From NCBI GenBank assembly GCA_040377305.1, contig JBEIPA010000004.1, forward strand, positions 64,001 to 128,000: a DNA stretch of 64,000 bases, read 5' to 3'. The translations under genes were made by a program, and so were the position numbers. Positions 1 through 8,984 of this stretch are shown in pieces. This DNA comes from Flavobacteriales bacterium (GTDB taxonomy: Bacteria; Bacteroidota; Bacteroidia; Palsa-965). How positions within the stretch are numbered: position 1 is the first letter of the stretch; every line of letters begins with the position of its first letter. The notes beneath the pieces were generated by a model, which saw nothing but the letters and a program-made list of their open reading frames with translations, ran no database searches and was not told where the DNA came from.

Positions 1-2
1 TT

Positions 3-188
3 GCTGGAGTAATAGCCACTCCTGATCTTATTACAACTATCCTGACGATTTGGGGGATAAAGGTGCTTTATGAAATCATCATGCTCCCTTTCAGTATTCC
101 GTTTACCAACTGGATCAAAAAAATTGAGGGGATTGATCAAATTGATCAGCCCGAAAAAACAAACTACAATCCATTCAAACTTCAATAA
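3..188 (+). CDS. yhhQ: C-terminal part of a VUT/YhhQ-family queuosine-precursor (preQ0/preQ1) transporter, 5'-truncated by the window edge
   Basis: Frame 3 reads AGVIATPDLITTILTIWGIKVLYEIIMLPFSIPFTNWIKKIEGIDQIDQPEKTNYNPFKLQ*. The KxxYE..P...K..EG.D....T.YNPF tail is typical of Vut_1 proteins. Not in the ORF track. Confidence 0.75.
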   Translation, partial: AGVIATPDLITTILTIWGIKVLYEIIMLPFSIPFTNWIKKIEGIDQIDQPEKTNYNPFKLQ

Positions 189-196
189 GTTATCTG

Positions 197-874
197 ATGA
201 ATTTGAAATACGATATCCACCTTTCCGCATCCCAGATATCCCAGCAGACTATTGAGGCAATAGTGCAATTAGGATTTCAGCGGGATGAATTCGCCAACAA
301 CACCAGGTGCGAAACTACCGCCTATCATGGAACATACAGGGGTTTAGAACTCCTTCCGAACGACTCCTTGTGGAGTAACCTTTGCAATATTTTGGACAAC
401 GACCCTGAATTTATTGGCGGTCTTGAAGAGGAAGAATTCGATCCGACCGAAACGTTATTTTTCTCAGGTCGCGAATCTAGTTTCCAAAACATCTTTCCAA
501 AAATGCTTACAGAACAGCCCCCTCCTAACGTATATAAGGCTTGTGATATTCACATCAGCATTGATCTTGAAAAATCTAATTCTGCTAACTTAAAATATTT
601 GGAGGCTTTAGAAGTTGCATCTTTTGACAAACCTAAAGACGGAGTAATCCATAGAATCTTTACCGTCACGTGCGAGTCAATTGATGACGGCCGTAAAGCA
701 TATTTGATCATTGGTGATTACATAAAAAGCATCGGCAGTCTTATTGGTAAAATGAAATACGAAAAAACTGTTCGTTTTTATAGAAGGCCGGAAACCGCAT
801 ACACGCTCCCCTTAACTAATAAAAGATCTTTTCAAATGTGGTTGAACCAACTTGAGTTGAGCCATGCTGAATAA
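197..874 (+). CDS. Hypothetical protein with an internally duplicated DIH...E motif
   Basis: 225-aa ORF 8 bp after the yhhQ stop; YDIHLS..GGLEEE and CDIHIS..GKMKYEK suggest two related halves; overlaps the next gene. Confidence 0.75.
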   Translation: MNLKYDIHLSASQISQQTIEAIVQLGFQRDEFANNTRCETTAYHGTYRGLELLPNDSLWSNLCNILDNDPEFIGGLEEEEFDPTETLFFSGRESSFQNIFPKMLTEQPPPNVYKACDIHISIDLEKSNSANLKYLEALEVASFDKPKDGVIHRIFTVTCESIDDGRKAYLIIGDYIKSIGSLIGKMKYEKTVRFYRRPETAYTLPLTNKRSFQMWLNQLELSHAE

Positions 875-2174
875 AACTACGCGCAAACTATTTATTGGAT
901 CATCTAATGAAGCATTGCCGATAGCGCTGGAGTTGAAAAAAATCATTCAGGTCAAATTCAAAGACTCCCTTGAGGTTAAAGTTTGGAAAGAGACAAAATG
1001 GAAAAGTCTAGTCTCAGTTCTTGACAATCTCAGTAATAATCTTGATGAATTTTATTATGCGATCTTCATCTGCCATCCTGACGATATTGTACACGCACGG
1101 AATAAAATGTTTTATACTTCCCGCGACAATGTGCTTTTTGAGTTTGGATTATTTTTTTCACGACTAGGAAAAGATAGGGCCTTTCTGCTTCTCCCTGGGC
1201 ACCTAAACTACGATTCACAAATTCCCTTAGCAATTCAGGCGCTAGACTCCACAAAAGAGATTTCGTTTAAACTTCTTACTGATATTGGAGAAAGTCTTAT
1301 CACTTATAGAATCGATCTTAACTATAAACTCGCCAAGGCAAAGTCCAATTCGGGTAAATACGAGCGTTATGATCTTTGGAAGCCTGCTCATCTCAAAAGA
1401 GATGTAAATCCTCTTTTGAGCGTCATTTCAGAGGAAGAAAAAAAATACAATTCCAAGAAGCCACTGTTGGAAACGGAATTGATTTCTAAAGGTCAGAATA
1501 TTGTTAACGCTATTAAAGTATCTGACGATAAGCCAGATCAGTTTTTTATTAATAAGCTCTCCAACGAATTACAATCCTTGATTTATACTCGATCAATAGT
1601 ATCGGAGAAATCTGTGTCAGATACAACTATTGATATCGTTGGTCTCATATGTAAGTTCAAAGATTTCTTAGATATAGAACAACTGGTGAAGGCGCAGCAC
1701 TTTTCAAAAATTAAGGAAGTTTGGGTCTTTGCGGACAGCCCCATCGAGTTTTCTCAGCAAACGGATAAGCGAAAGAAAAAACTACTCCTAAAAACTATCC
1801 TGTGCAATTTGGAAAAGCGGGTAAAGTATACTTACATAGTTAATCAGCATTTTGACGTAGCGACAATTGATGATCTTTTCAAGGGACTGTCCAAAGCAAA
1901 ACAAAAAGTCCTTAAAAATCGGATTACTATCATTAAAGTTGATTCAAAATATTTTAAAACATTTTTCACAATTCACTTTCTTAAAGATAATCCGAGTACT
2001 CCGGGCAATATATATATGAGCGCATTATTACCCGATAGGGACGATCTTTTAATTCAGATTGCGCAGAAAATTCATTTTAACCGGATATTTGAGCGAATAA
2101 AAAAACTCGTAGGTTACCGGCATCCCCATGGGCCCTACAATGTAAGGGATCACGTCGTGAGGGACGTTCAGTAA
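864..2174 (+). CDS. TIR-domain protein (Cap12/Pycsar-type TIR) with an unrecognised C-terminal domain
   Basis: LFIGSSNEA...YAIFICHPDD...SRDNVLFEFGLFFSRLGKDRAFLL, including the catalytic Glu of NADase TIRs. Confidence 0.85.
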   Translation: MLNKTTRKLFIGSSNEALPIALELKKIIQVKFKDSLEVKVWKETKWKSLVSVLDNLSNNLDEFYYAIFICHPDDIVHARNKMFYTSRDNVLFEFGLFFSRLGKDRAFLLLPGHLNYDSQIPLAIQALDSTKEISFKLLTDIGESLITYRIDLNYKLAKAKSNSGKYERYDLWKPAHLKRDVNPLLSVISEEEKKYNSKKPLLETELISKGQNIVNAIKVSDDKPDQFFINKLSNELQSLIYTRSIVSEKSVSDTTIDIVGLICKFKDFLDIEQLVKAQHFSKIKEVWVFADSPIEFSQQTDKRKKKLLLKTILCNLEKRVKYTYIVNQHFDVATIDDLFKGLSKAKQKVLKNRITIIKVDSKYFKTFFTIHFLKDNPSTPGNIYMSALLPDRDDLLIQIAQKIHFNRIFERIKKLVGYRHPHGPYNVRDHVVRDVQ

Positions 2175-2232
2175 CCCTAGGGACAAAGATTTCATTCAAT
2201 TTATTTAGTATGCCTACAGAACGCATAGTATA

Positions 2233-2361
2233 GGACTTGCTCGCTTGTCCTTTATGTTTGCTTTAGCCTAGGGGGCCGGGGGACAGGCAAAGTCCACCGC
2301 AAGATCGCGTTTGCAACAGTGAAATGACGAATGTCTGAACTGTGCAAACGCAATCTTGCGG
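2233..2361. repeat. Two adjacent imperfect inverted repeats between convergent genes
   Basis: GGACTT..GCTTGTCC / GGACAGGC..AAGTCC (2233-2295); CCGCAAGAT-C-GCGTTTGCA / TGCAAACGC-A-ATCTTGCGG (2297-2361). Confidence 0.75.
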
Positions 2362-2390
2362 AACGTAGTGATTGAAAAGATGTTCAATAG

Positions 2391-2897
2391 TTACCTGCGA
2401 CTGACTGCCAGATTCGTGGAGGTGGAATCAATGAAAAGAATCTTGTCTCCTTTACTTAATCTAACAATCATCTTTACCCGCGCTATAGGAAATGTATCGT
2501 TCAGTTGTGTGCTAACCGCAAAAACGTTTCGTGAGTCGATTTGGAAATTATCCATAGGATACACTTTATTGTTCGCATAAATTTCTCCACTAAACGTTGC
2601 ACTGTCTCCGTTTAAGCATACTCCATAGAGATACAAGGTCTGTCCTTGTATGAAGCTAAGCTGGGCTGTTGGTGTGGGGTTCACTATTCTAATAAAATTG
2701 GTCTCCATGGGGTCGCTCATGCTATTTTTAAAAACATACACCGAAGAAAGAGCAATCTCTATCACAACAACATAAAACAATCTAGTTCTGAACGGTTCAG
2801 ATATGTTGATCACTTTTACTAATGACAATACAGCGATCACTGCTGTGCACACGAAAACAAATACGCAAGTCCAAATAATCACTTCGGTTGGAGTCAT
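2391..2897 (-). CDS. Hypothetical membrane protein (2 N-terminal TM helices + beta-rich domain)
   Basis: 168-aa ORF with hydrophobic N-terminus, co-oriented with the upstream gene. Confidence 0.7.
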   Translation of the reverse strand: MTPTEVIIWTCVFVFVCTAVIAVLSLVKVINISEPFRTRLFYVVVIEIALSSVYVFKNSMSDPMETNFIRIVNPTPTAQLSFIQGQTLYLYGVCLNGDSATFSGEIYANNKVYPMDNFQIDSRNVFAVSTQLNDTFPIARVKMIVRLSKGDKILFIDSTSTNLAVSRR

Positions 2898-2919
2898 TTT
2901 GCAGGGGCTTATTTTTCGC

Positions 2920-3726
2920 TTAAGAAAGGTTGAGACTTACTTCGATGGGCTTCGTAGATTTTGTTTCATGCTTCCAGAAGAGTCCGCGATCCACTTTCAA
3001 TACGCCATGAAGTTTCATTCTCATGGACGTTGTTCCTTTAGGAACGGCAATCGTTTGAACTAATAATTGATCCCCGAGTAAGGGCGTCTTGTCTTCATCC
3101 GGATTGAGAACCCAGCTGCATTTGTTCGATGCTATGCCAATGGAATGCACGACAGGGAATTTTAGGCTGTATGTAAACTTGCCTACGAAGTTCGCGTTTG
3201 CAGAGAGCTGGATCTGCATATCACCACCTAAGGAAATGTATTTCTGAGTAAGTGTACTCAATAAATTAGGTGGGACTTTGCCTGAAACGTTTCCACTTGC
3301 TGTCATTGCTCCTTCGAAATTGACATTCGCTTTCAATACCTCTTTAAAACGCGTGTTGGGTATAAGGTCAATAGTCTGCGCATCGTCCATTCCAATTACT
3401 TCTGCATGGTATTGTATCTCATCCACATCCGCCCTGCCTTCCGTACGGATGGCTCCAACACCGTGAACGATCGTGTATATGTCACTCTTTTCAAAGAGGA
3501 TCTGCGTCTCTGGGGGCAGTACTGCGTTTGACAGCTCCAGAAGACGTTTGAGATTACGTACAATAGGCTCGTTTCCAATTCTCATTTTAATACCGATCAC
3601 TTCTGATTCGCCTTCAATGTTTTTAAGCGTGGAAAAGGCTTTTGTGTGAAAAATTTCCTTAAGGTGTTGGGATTTTTGTAAATCCAATTTTTCAGTAAAT
3701 AACATTTCTTCTTCTAGAAATTTCAT
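2920..3726 (-). CDS. Hypothetical beta-strand-rich protein
   Basis: 268-aa ORF, ATG start, A-rich leader. Confidence 0.75.
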   Translation of the reverse strand: MKFLEEEMLFTEKLDLQKSQHLKEIFHTKAFSTLKNIEGESEVIGIKMRIGNEPIVRNLKRLLELSNAVLPPETQILFEKSDIYTIVHGVGAIRTEGRADVDEIQYHAEVIGMDDAQTIDLIPNTRFKEVLKANVNFEGAMTASGNVSGKVPPNLLSTLTQKYISLGGDMQIQLSANANFVGKFTYSLKFPVVHSIGIASNKCSWVLNPDEDKTPLLGDQLLVQTIAVPKGTTSMRMKLHGVLKVDRGLFWKHETKSTKPIEVSLNLS

Positions 3727-3888
3727 GTCGTTGGGATTTTAGAGTTATAATTAGGATTAAGATTTTAAAACTATATGCAGCGATGATTGTTACTCGCTCG
3801 ATTCTGAATTGGTCTCTTGACACGAAAACAAAATTGCTGACCACTGCGCTCTACCGAAATAGAAGCGCTCCGGCCGAGCACGTTTCAC

Positions 3889-4365
3889 TTAGTCGGGAAG
3901 ATTAAACCGCTTTTGTACGCTTTTGTAATCATTCCAATCCAATTCAGGATTTGCAATCCTCTGCGATCCTGAAACGGCAACGGCTCTTATGGTCCAAGTT
4001 CCTGGAGCACCCGGTTGTAACAAGTCATCATCCTGCACGATGAGCTGAAAGTTGCCCGTGCGAAAAGTGTATCGTTGACTCTGCGCATAATCATAGACCG
4101 TTCCGCTCAACATAATAGTCCGCGGCAGCGGCGCCCAAGCGCCATTGGTTGTTTTCAAATACAGGTGCAGCATTCCTTTATCAGCAACATCAGCGGTGAT
4201 CTCACTCCATGAGACATCTGAAAATAGCAGTTTGCTATTGCTGTCCCACGTCCACCCGGAAACAGTAAACGTATTCTGTTCCATCGTAGGAGCAGCTGTG
4301 TCCTTCTTGCATCCACTGAATGCAAACGTGATTAAGAGAGTTGCAAAAAATATTCCAGTCTTCAT
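3889..4365 (-). CDS. Lipoprotein
   Basis: Signal peptide with lipobox FSGC followed by KKD. Confidence 0.8.
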   Translation of the reverse strand: MKTGIFFATLLITFAFSGCKKDTAAPTMEQNTFTVSGWTWDSNSKLLFSDVSWSEITADVADKGMLHLYLKTTNGAWAPLPRTIMLSGTVYDYAQSQRYTFRTGNFQLIVQDDDLLQPGAPGTWTIRAVAVSGSQRIANPELDWNDYKSVQKRFNLPD

Positions 4366-4378
4366 TGTTGTTCGGAGA

Positions 4379-4570
4379 TTACCGTGAATTGCTGGGCTGA
4401 CTATTAGTCTTATTAAATTCCATAACGTCAGAAGGCCCTTCGCAGCTCTTGAGGCCGAATACCGCAGCGATTACCGCAACGAGTATTCCGAATACAAGCG
4501 TACCGGTACGTTTACCGATTTCACCGCCCATGCCCTCCTTGAAGCTGTCGTTAAAAGACTTCTTAGTCAT
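4379..4570 (-). CDS. Small membrane protein
   Basis: 63 aa, one TM segment, 13 bp upstream of the lipoprotein gene. Confidence 0.55.
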   Translation of the reverse strand: MTKKSFNDSFKEGMGGEIGKRTGTLVFGILVAVIAAVFGLKSCEGPSDVMEFNKTNSQPSNSR

Positions 4571-4689
4571 CGATAAATGTTTGTGAAGAAAATTGAATCA
4601 GCGCTGTTGAGCCAAATGTAGAATTGCCGCTATATACAACGCAAGATTTATACACCGATTAAAAACACCAGTATAAAACCAGCCATTAC

Positions 4690-4740
4690 CCCCGTAAAAA
4701 CACCTGTAAAACCCCGTATAAATACGGGGGTATATTTACG
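4690..4740. promoter_or_regulatory. Cluster of CCGTA-N4-TACGG-like operator sites
   Basis: CCCCGTATAAATACGGGG (4712-4729) plus degenerate flanking copies; same motif at 42509-42580. Confidence 0.5.
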
Positions 4741-4980
4741 CTTATATACTTTAATTAGTTAACAACTAGCAATTTGCATGTTGCGTATGATTTTCCATTT
4801 TTATTGGGAATTAAATATGAGTGAAGGGCCTTTTAATATACTGTCATTGCTAGTTGATAATTGAATTATGTTTGCTTTGCTGATAGTTCAGAAGCCACTG
4901 CACCTGCCAAGAGTTAAGATGCCGCCGAAATCTCAAGGATTCCGTGGTATAGTTTTGTTCAATCCCTATTGATCGTAATA

Positions 4981-6729
4981 ATGAAACTACTTTACATAGA
5001 CATCCAAAACTTCCGCGGCATCTCCAGTGCGCACATTGAATTTAATGGCCATACTGTTTTGATCGGCGACAATAATGCAGGTAAGTCTACGGTGTTTGAA
5101 GCTATTGATCTTGTGCTTGGTCCTGATCGGTTAAACCGGATGCCACCAATCGATGAACACGACTTCCATGGTGGTAACTATTATATTCCTGGAGGTGAGA
5201 ATCCAAAAATTCGCATCGAGGTCCTAATCGTTGATCTTAGTGTTGAGCAGAAGCGACATTTCAGTAATCATCTTGAATACTGGGATCACGCAAAGGGACT
5301 GATTGTAGTGGAAGGAGAGATTGAAAAAGTAGATAAGGAAACAACGGAGGAAGCGCTACGCGTTGAGTTTGTCGGACATTACAGCGAAGAAGATGACGAC
5401 TTTATTGGGGAAACACACTTTTGTTCTCCGAAAGTCGATAGCGGTACTCCAACGAGATTCGGGAAAACAGATAAGCGAGAGTGCGGATTTCTCTACTTGC
5501 GTGCGCTCCGCACTGGCATGCGTGCACTCAGTATGGAGCGCGGCTCGTTGTTGGATGTCATACTGCGCATTCGCGAAGTCCGACCGAAGATGTGGGAAAG
5601 CGTACTGGAACAATTGCGTCAAACGGACGTGGCTACGGATCCAGCCGCTGGAGTTAATGATATCCTTGTGGGAATACAATCCGCTCTAAAAGAATTCGTA
5701 CCTGCGGACTGGGGAACAGAGCCCCACTTGCGCGTCTCCGATTTGACGCGCGAACATTTACGCAAGACGCTGACAATTTTCATGTCAACGAGCAGTTCGG
5801 GCTATGCCGCACCGTTTTACCATCAAGGCATGGGAACAATCAACACAATGGTGCTTGCATTGCTGTCTATGATCGCGGATGAGAAGAAGAACGTGATCTT
5901 CGCGATGGAGGAACCTGAAATCGCGATTCCACCATACACACAGAAACGGATTATTACTAGCATTCGATCAAAATCAACCCAGGCGATATTCTCTTCGCAT
6001 TCACCATTCGTGCTCGAAGAATTTCCACCAGAGAACATCATACTGGTCCGTAGAGATTCCCAAGGAGTGCTGACAAGTCAGCCTGTATCGTTTCTAGCAG
6101 GTGTAAAACCCAAAGCCTACAGCAATGAGTTTCGACTGCGGTTTGCTGAAGCATTACTTGCGAAGCGAATATTGATTACGGAAGGTGCAACAGAAGCAGC
6201 GGCATATCCTGCCGCCGCTCGCCGGCTAAATGAGCTCGCCCCAATGGCTTACTCATCACTAGAAGCATTAGGCGTAGCAATTTTTGACGCGCAATCTGAC
6301 AGCAGCATCGCAAAAATGGGGGAGTACTTCACTAATCTCGGCAAAACAGTCCTTGCTGTATTTGATAAACAAACCGACGAAGCATCGAAGCTGATCCGTG
6401 AGAAAGTCGCACACCCATACGAATCTGCGTATAAGGGATTCGAAGATTTACTTCTTACTGAAATGCCGATCGAATTACTGCGACAATACTATACCGAGAT
6501 CGGCAAGGAATGGCCGACTAGTATTCCTGCCGCAAAAAATGACGATGACGCGGATTTGAAACGCGCGTTAGGAGAGTATTTGCGCTGGAAAAAAGGCGCA
6601 CAAGCCGCGGCAGAGCTTATTAGTATGTGCACGGACGCAATGCAGATTCCAGCATCGATACGGTCAACCATTGGCGACATTGAGACTGTCCTTACACCGA
6701 GACCCAATGAGCAATCTTCTGCCGTTTAA
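4981..6729 (+). CDS. OLD-family ATP-dependent endonuclease (ABC ATPase + TOPRIM), GajA-like
   Basis: IQNFRGI, Walker A GDNNAGKS, AMEEPE, SSHSP, TOPRIM ITEGATE; TAGTTTTG promoter element at 4950-4957. Confidence 0.9.
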   Translation: MKLLYIDIQNFRGISSAHIEFNGHTVLIGDNNAGKSTVFEAIDLVLGPDRLNRMPPIDEHDFHGGNYYIPGGENPKIRIEVLIVDLSVEQKRHFSNHLEYWDHAKGLIVVEGEIEKVDKETTEEALRVEFVGHYSEEDDDFIGETHFCSPKVDSGTPTRFGKTDKRECGFLYLRALRTGMRALSMERGSLLDVILRIREVRPKMWESVLEQLRQTDVATDPAAGVNDILVGIQSALKEFVPADWGTEPHLRVSDLTREHLRKTLTIFMSTSSSGYAAPFYHQGMGTINTMVLALLSMIADEKKNVIFAMEEPEIAIPPYTQKRIITSIRSKSTQAIFSSHSPFVLEEFPPENIILVRRDSQGVLTSQPVSFLAGVKPKAYSNEFRLRFAEALLAKRILITEGATEAAAYPAAARRLNELAPMAYSSLEALGVAIFDAQSDSSIAKMGEYFTNLGKTVLAVFDKQTDEASKLIREKVAHPYESAYKGFEDLLLTEMPIELLRQYYTEIGKEWPTSIPAAKNDDDADLKRALGEYLRWKKGAQAAAELISMCTDAMQIPASIRSTIGDIETVLTPRPNEQSSAV

Positions 6730-8431
6730 CCTCGACGTAAAGCGTACCGAGATTCTCTCGACCGATGGGCATCTGCTGGTAGAGGGCGGTCCCGGATCAG
6801 GGAAAACAACAATCGCGTTACTGAAGGCAAAGGAACTCATTGCGGGAGGCAGGCTCGAGCGCGGTCAGAAAATTCTGTTTCTGAGTTTTGCTCGCGCCAC
6901 TGTCTCGCGTGTAGAAGAGCAAGCAGGCAATCTCATTACAGCCGAACATAAGAAGCACGTCGAGGTGAACACGTATCACGGTTTTACCTGGCAGCTGATA
7001 CAGACATTCGGTTATCTCGTACGCAAGTTTCGATCATTCAAGCTTCTCACTCCACCCCATCTGCAAGCATTGTCGAGCAACATCGAGAAAATGCATCGAG
7101 ATGATTTCAAGCGCACGTTGCTTGCGGACCAAGGTCTTCTTTGCTTCGATCTCTTCTGCGAACTCGCTAGTGAAATCCTGCAGAAGTCCAAGCGCATACG
7201 GACGCTTCTTTCAAGCAAATATCCGTACATCATTGTCGACGAGTTTCAGGACACGGATTCTCACGAATGGGCATTTATCAAATTATTTGGCGAGCAGAGC
7301 ACGGTCTTCGCGCTCGCCGATTTGAACCAACGGATATTTGAATTCCGTGGAGCATCAATCACGCGCATTCCTGAATTTAAGGAGACATTCAAGGGTGTTC
7401 ATTTTGACTTAGGTAGTGAGAACAACAGGAGCGGGGACACCGACATCGCCGTGTTCGGCGATGATCTTTTGACTGGCGCGAACAAAGGGAAAACGTACAC
7501 TGATGTAAAGGTGATTCAATATTTATTTCACAAAACAGATCACTTTTTCTATTTGAAAATCATGCTCGCACAACGAATTCGCGAATTAAAAAAGAAGCAC
7601 CCAGATAATAAATGGTCCTTAGCCATTTTAGTGCGAGGGAAAAAGGATACGCTCCAAATCTCGTCCTACCTCTCTACATGTTCGACGCCAGGTCCTTTTT
7701 ATCACGAGGTAATGATTGATCCAGCCGGGCCAGCGCTCGCCGCACAGATCATTGCACGGTTACTCGAACCGCTTACTGATGCCGACAGCGCAAAAAAAAT
7801 CCTAATCCAAGATGTGCTCAATCACATCAAAGGTCATTCATCGCAACTCACTCAGAAAAGTTTAAAGTTTGCCGAAGGAATTGAGAAATATTTTATCGAA
7901 GGGAAGGTGCAGGGAAAGACCCGGCAACAGTTCCTCGAGGAGATAGATGATATATTGACCAAGCGTGAAGAGCTTAGATTAACAGGCAGCCCCGCCGTCG
8001 ACTGGCTCGCTGTTCGCAACTTATTCTCGGGGCGAGGGAGTGAATTTATCAGACATGTGCACGAAGATTCACAGTTCATCAAGCTATTAAAAAAAGGTGC
8101 GGTGCTAAGTGAGGGATTGGCTGAGGCGTGGCGAACTACAGGAGCGTATACTAATGCATTTCGTCTCATCGATGTTGCACTTACACAAGAACATTTCGCG
8201 GCTACATCGCGCAAGTGGGAAGGTATTTTCGTAATGAACGTACATAAGGCTAAAGGAAAAGAATTTGACGAAGTCCTTATGTGGGAGGCCCCGTATAAAA
8301 CCCTGGTAATCCCAGATAAAAACCAACAGGTATCTCATGCTGAACGAATCGTCATGCGCGTGGGCGTGACACGTGCACGGGAGAGGACCACTATATTAAC
8401 GCCACAATGGAGTCCATCAATAATCTTATAA
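6707..8431 (+). CDS. UvrD/REP SF1 helicase, GajB-like
   Basis: GGPGSGKTT, IVDEFQDT, DLNQRIFEFRGA, VHKAKGKEFD, VGVTRAR; overlaps the OLD nuclease stop. Confidence 0.9.
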   Translation: MSNLLPFNLDVKRTEILSTDGHLLVEGGPGSGKTTIALLKAKELIAGGRLERGQKILFLSFARATVSRVEEQAGNLITAEHKKHVEVNTYHGFTWQLIQTFGYLVRKFRSFKLLTPPHLQALSSNIEKMHRDDFKRTLLADQGLLCFDLFCELASEILQKSKRIRTLLSSKYPYIIVDEFQDTDSHEWAFIKLFGEQSTVFALADLNQRIFEFRGASITRIPEFKETFKGVHFDLGSENNRSGDTDIAVFGDDLLTGANKGKTYTDVKVIQYLFHKTDHFFYLKIMLAQRIRELKKKHPDNKWSLAILVRGKKDTLQISSYLSTCSTPGPFYHEVMIDPAGPALAAQIIARLLEPLTDADSAKKILIQDVLNHIKGHSSQLTQKSLKFAEGIEKYFIEGKVQGKTRQQFLEEIDDILTKREELRLTGSPAVDWLAVRNLFSGRGSEFIRHVHEDSQFIKLLKKGAVLSEGLAEAWRTTGAYTNAFRLIDVALTQEHFAATSRKWEGIFVMNVHKAKGKEFDEVLMWEAPYKTLVIPDKNQQVSHAERIVMRVGVTRARERTTILTPQWSPSIIL

Positions 8432-8446
8432 AATAAACGTCGACAA

Positions 8447-8890
8447 ATGAAAACCATTCTTGCAATTTGGCACAGCAGCAACAAAGGGAAATCTGCAACA
8501 CTAAGAAATGTAGCAGCACTTCTCTTGGCTCGATCAGGAGTTACAGTTCTGTTTCCTATAGGTGGTCCACCTGACATGACTGGAGATTTCCGTTTGGTTA
8601 TTCAAATCAACGGAAAGGTGATTTCAATCGAATCGCAAGGTGATCCAAACACCAATTTGAAACACCGTCTGTCCGAGTTGGTTACTTTATACCGTAGTGA
8701 CCTTATTTTCTGTACCACGCGCACACGGGGTGATACGGTCGATGCGGTCAATTCAGTAGCGGACGGGCATGGATATGAAATCATTTGGACTTCTACCTAC
8801 CAGATGGCAAATCGCAGCAATGATGCATCTGCGAATGATGCAAAAGCGCGGCACCTTCTCGATTTGCTACAGACGCTCAGGCGCATCTAG
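8447..8890 (+). CDS. Small P-loop-like hypothetical protein
   Basis: ILAIWHSSNKGKSATL resembles a variant Walker A; 15 bp after the helicase. Confidence 0.7.
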   Translation: MKTILAIWHSSNKGKSATLRNVAALLLARSGVTVLFPIGGPPDMTGDFRLVIQINGKVISIESQGDPNTNLKHRLSELVTLYRSDLIFCTTRTRGDTVDAVNSVADGHGYEIIWTSTYQMANRSNDASANDAKARHLLDLLQTLRRI

Positions 8891-8984
8891 TCCTGTAATT
8901 AGGCAAGCAACGAAAAACGAGTTCTCGCTCTCATCCTCTTGCCCGCCATGAATAACTTCAATATCCTTTATGCTCTCCGGAACT

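Noticed and set aside
70-255. 61-aa ORF from the track
   Set aside because: Overlaps the yhhQ C-terminus and the next gene in another frame
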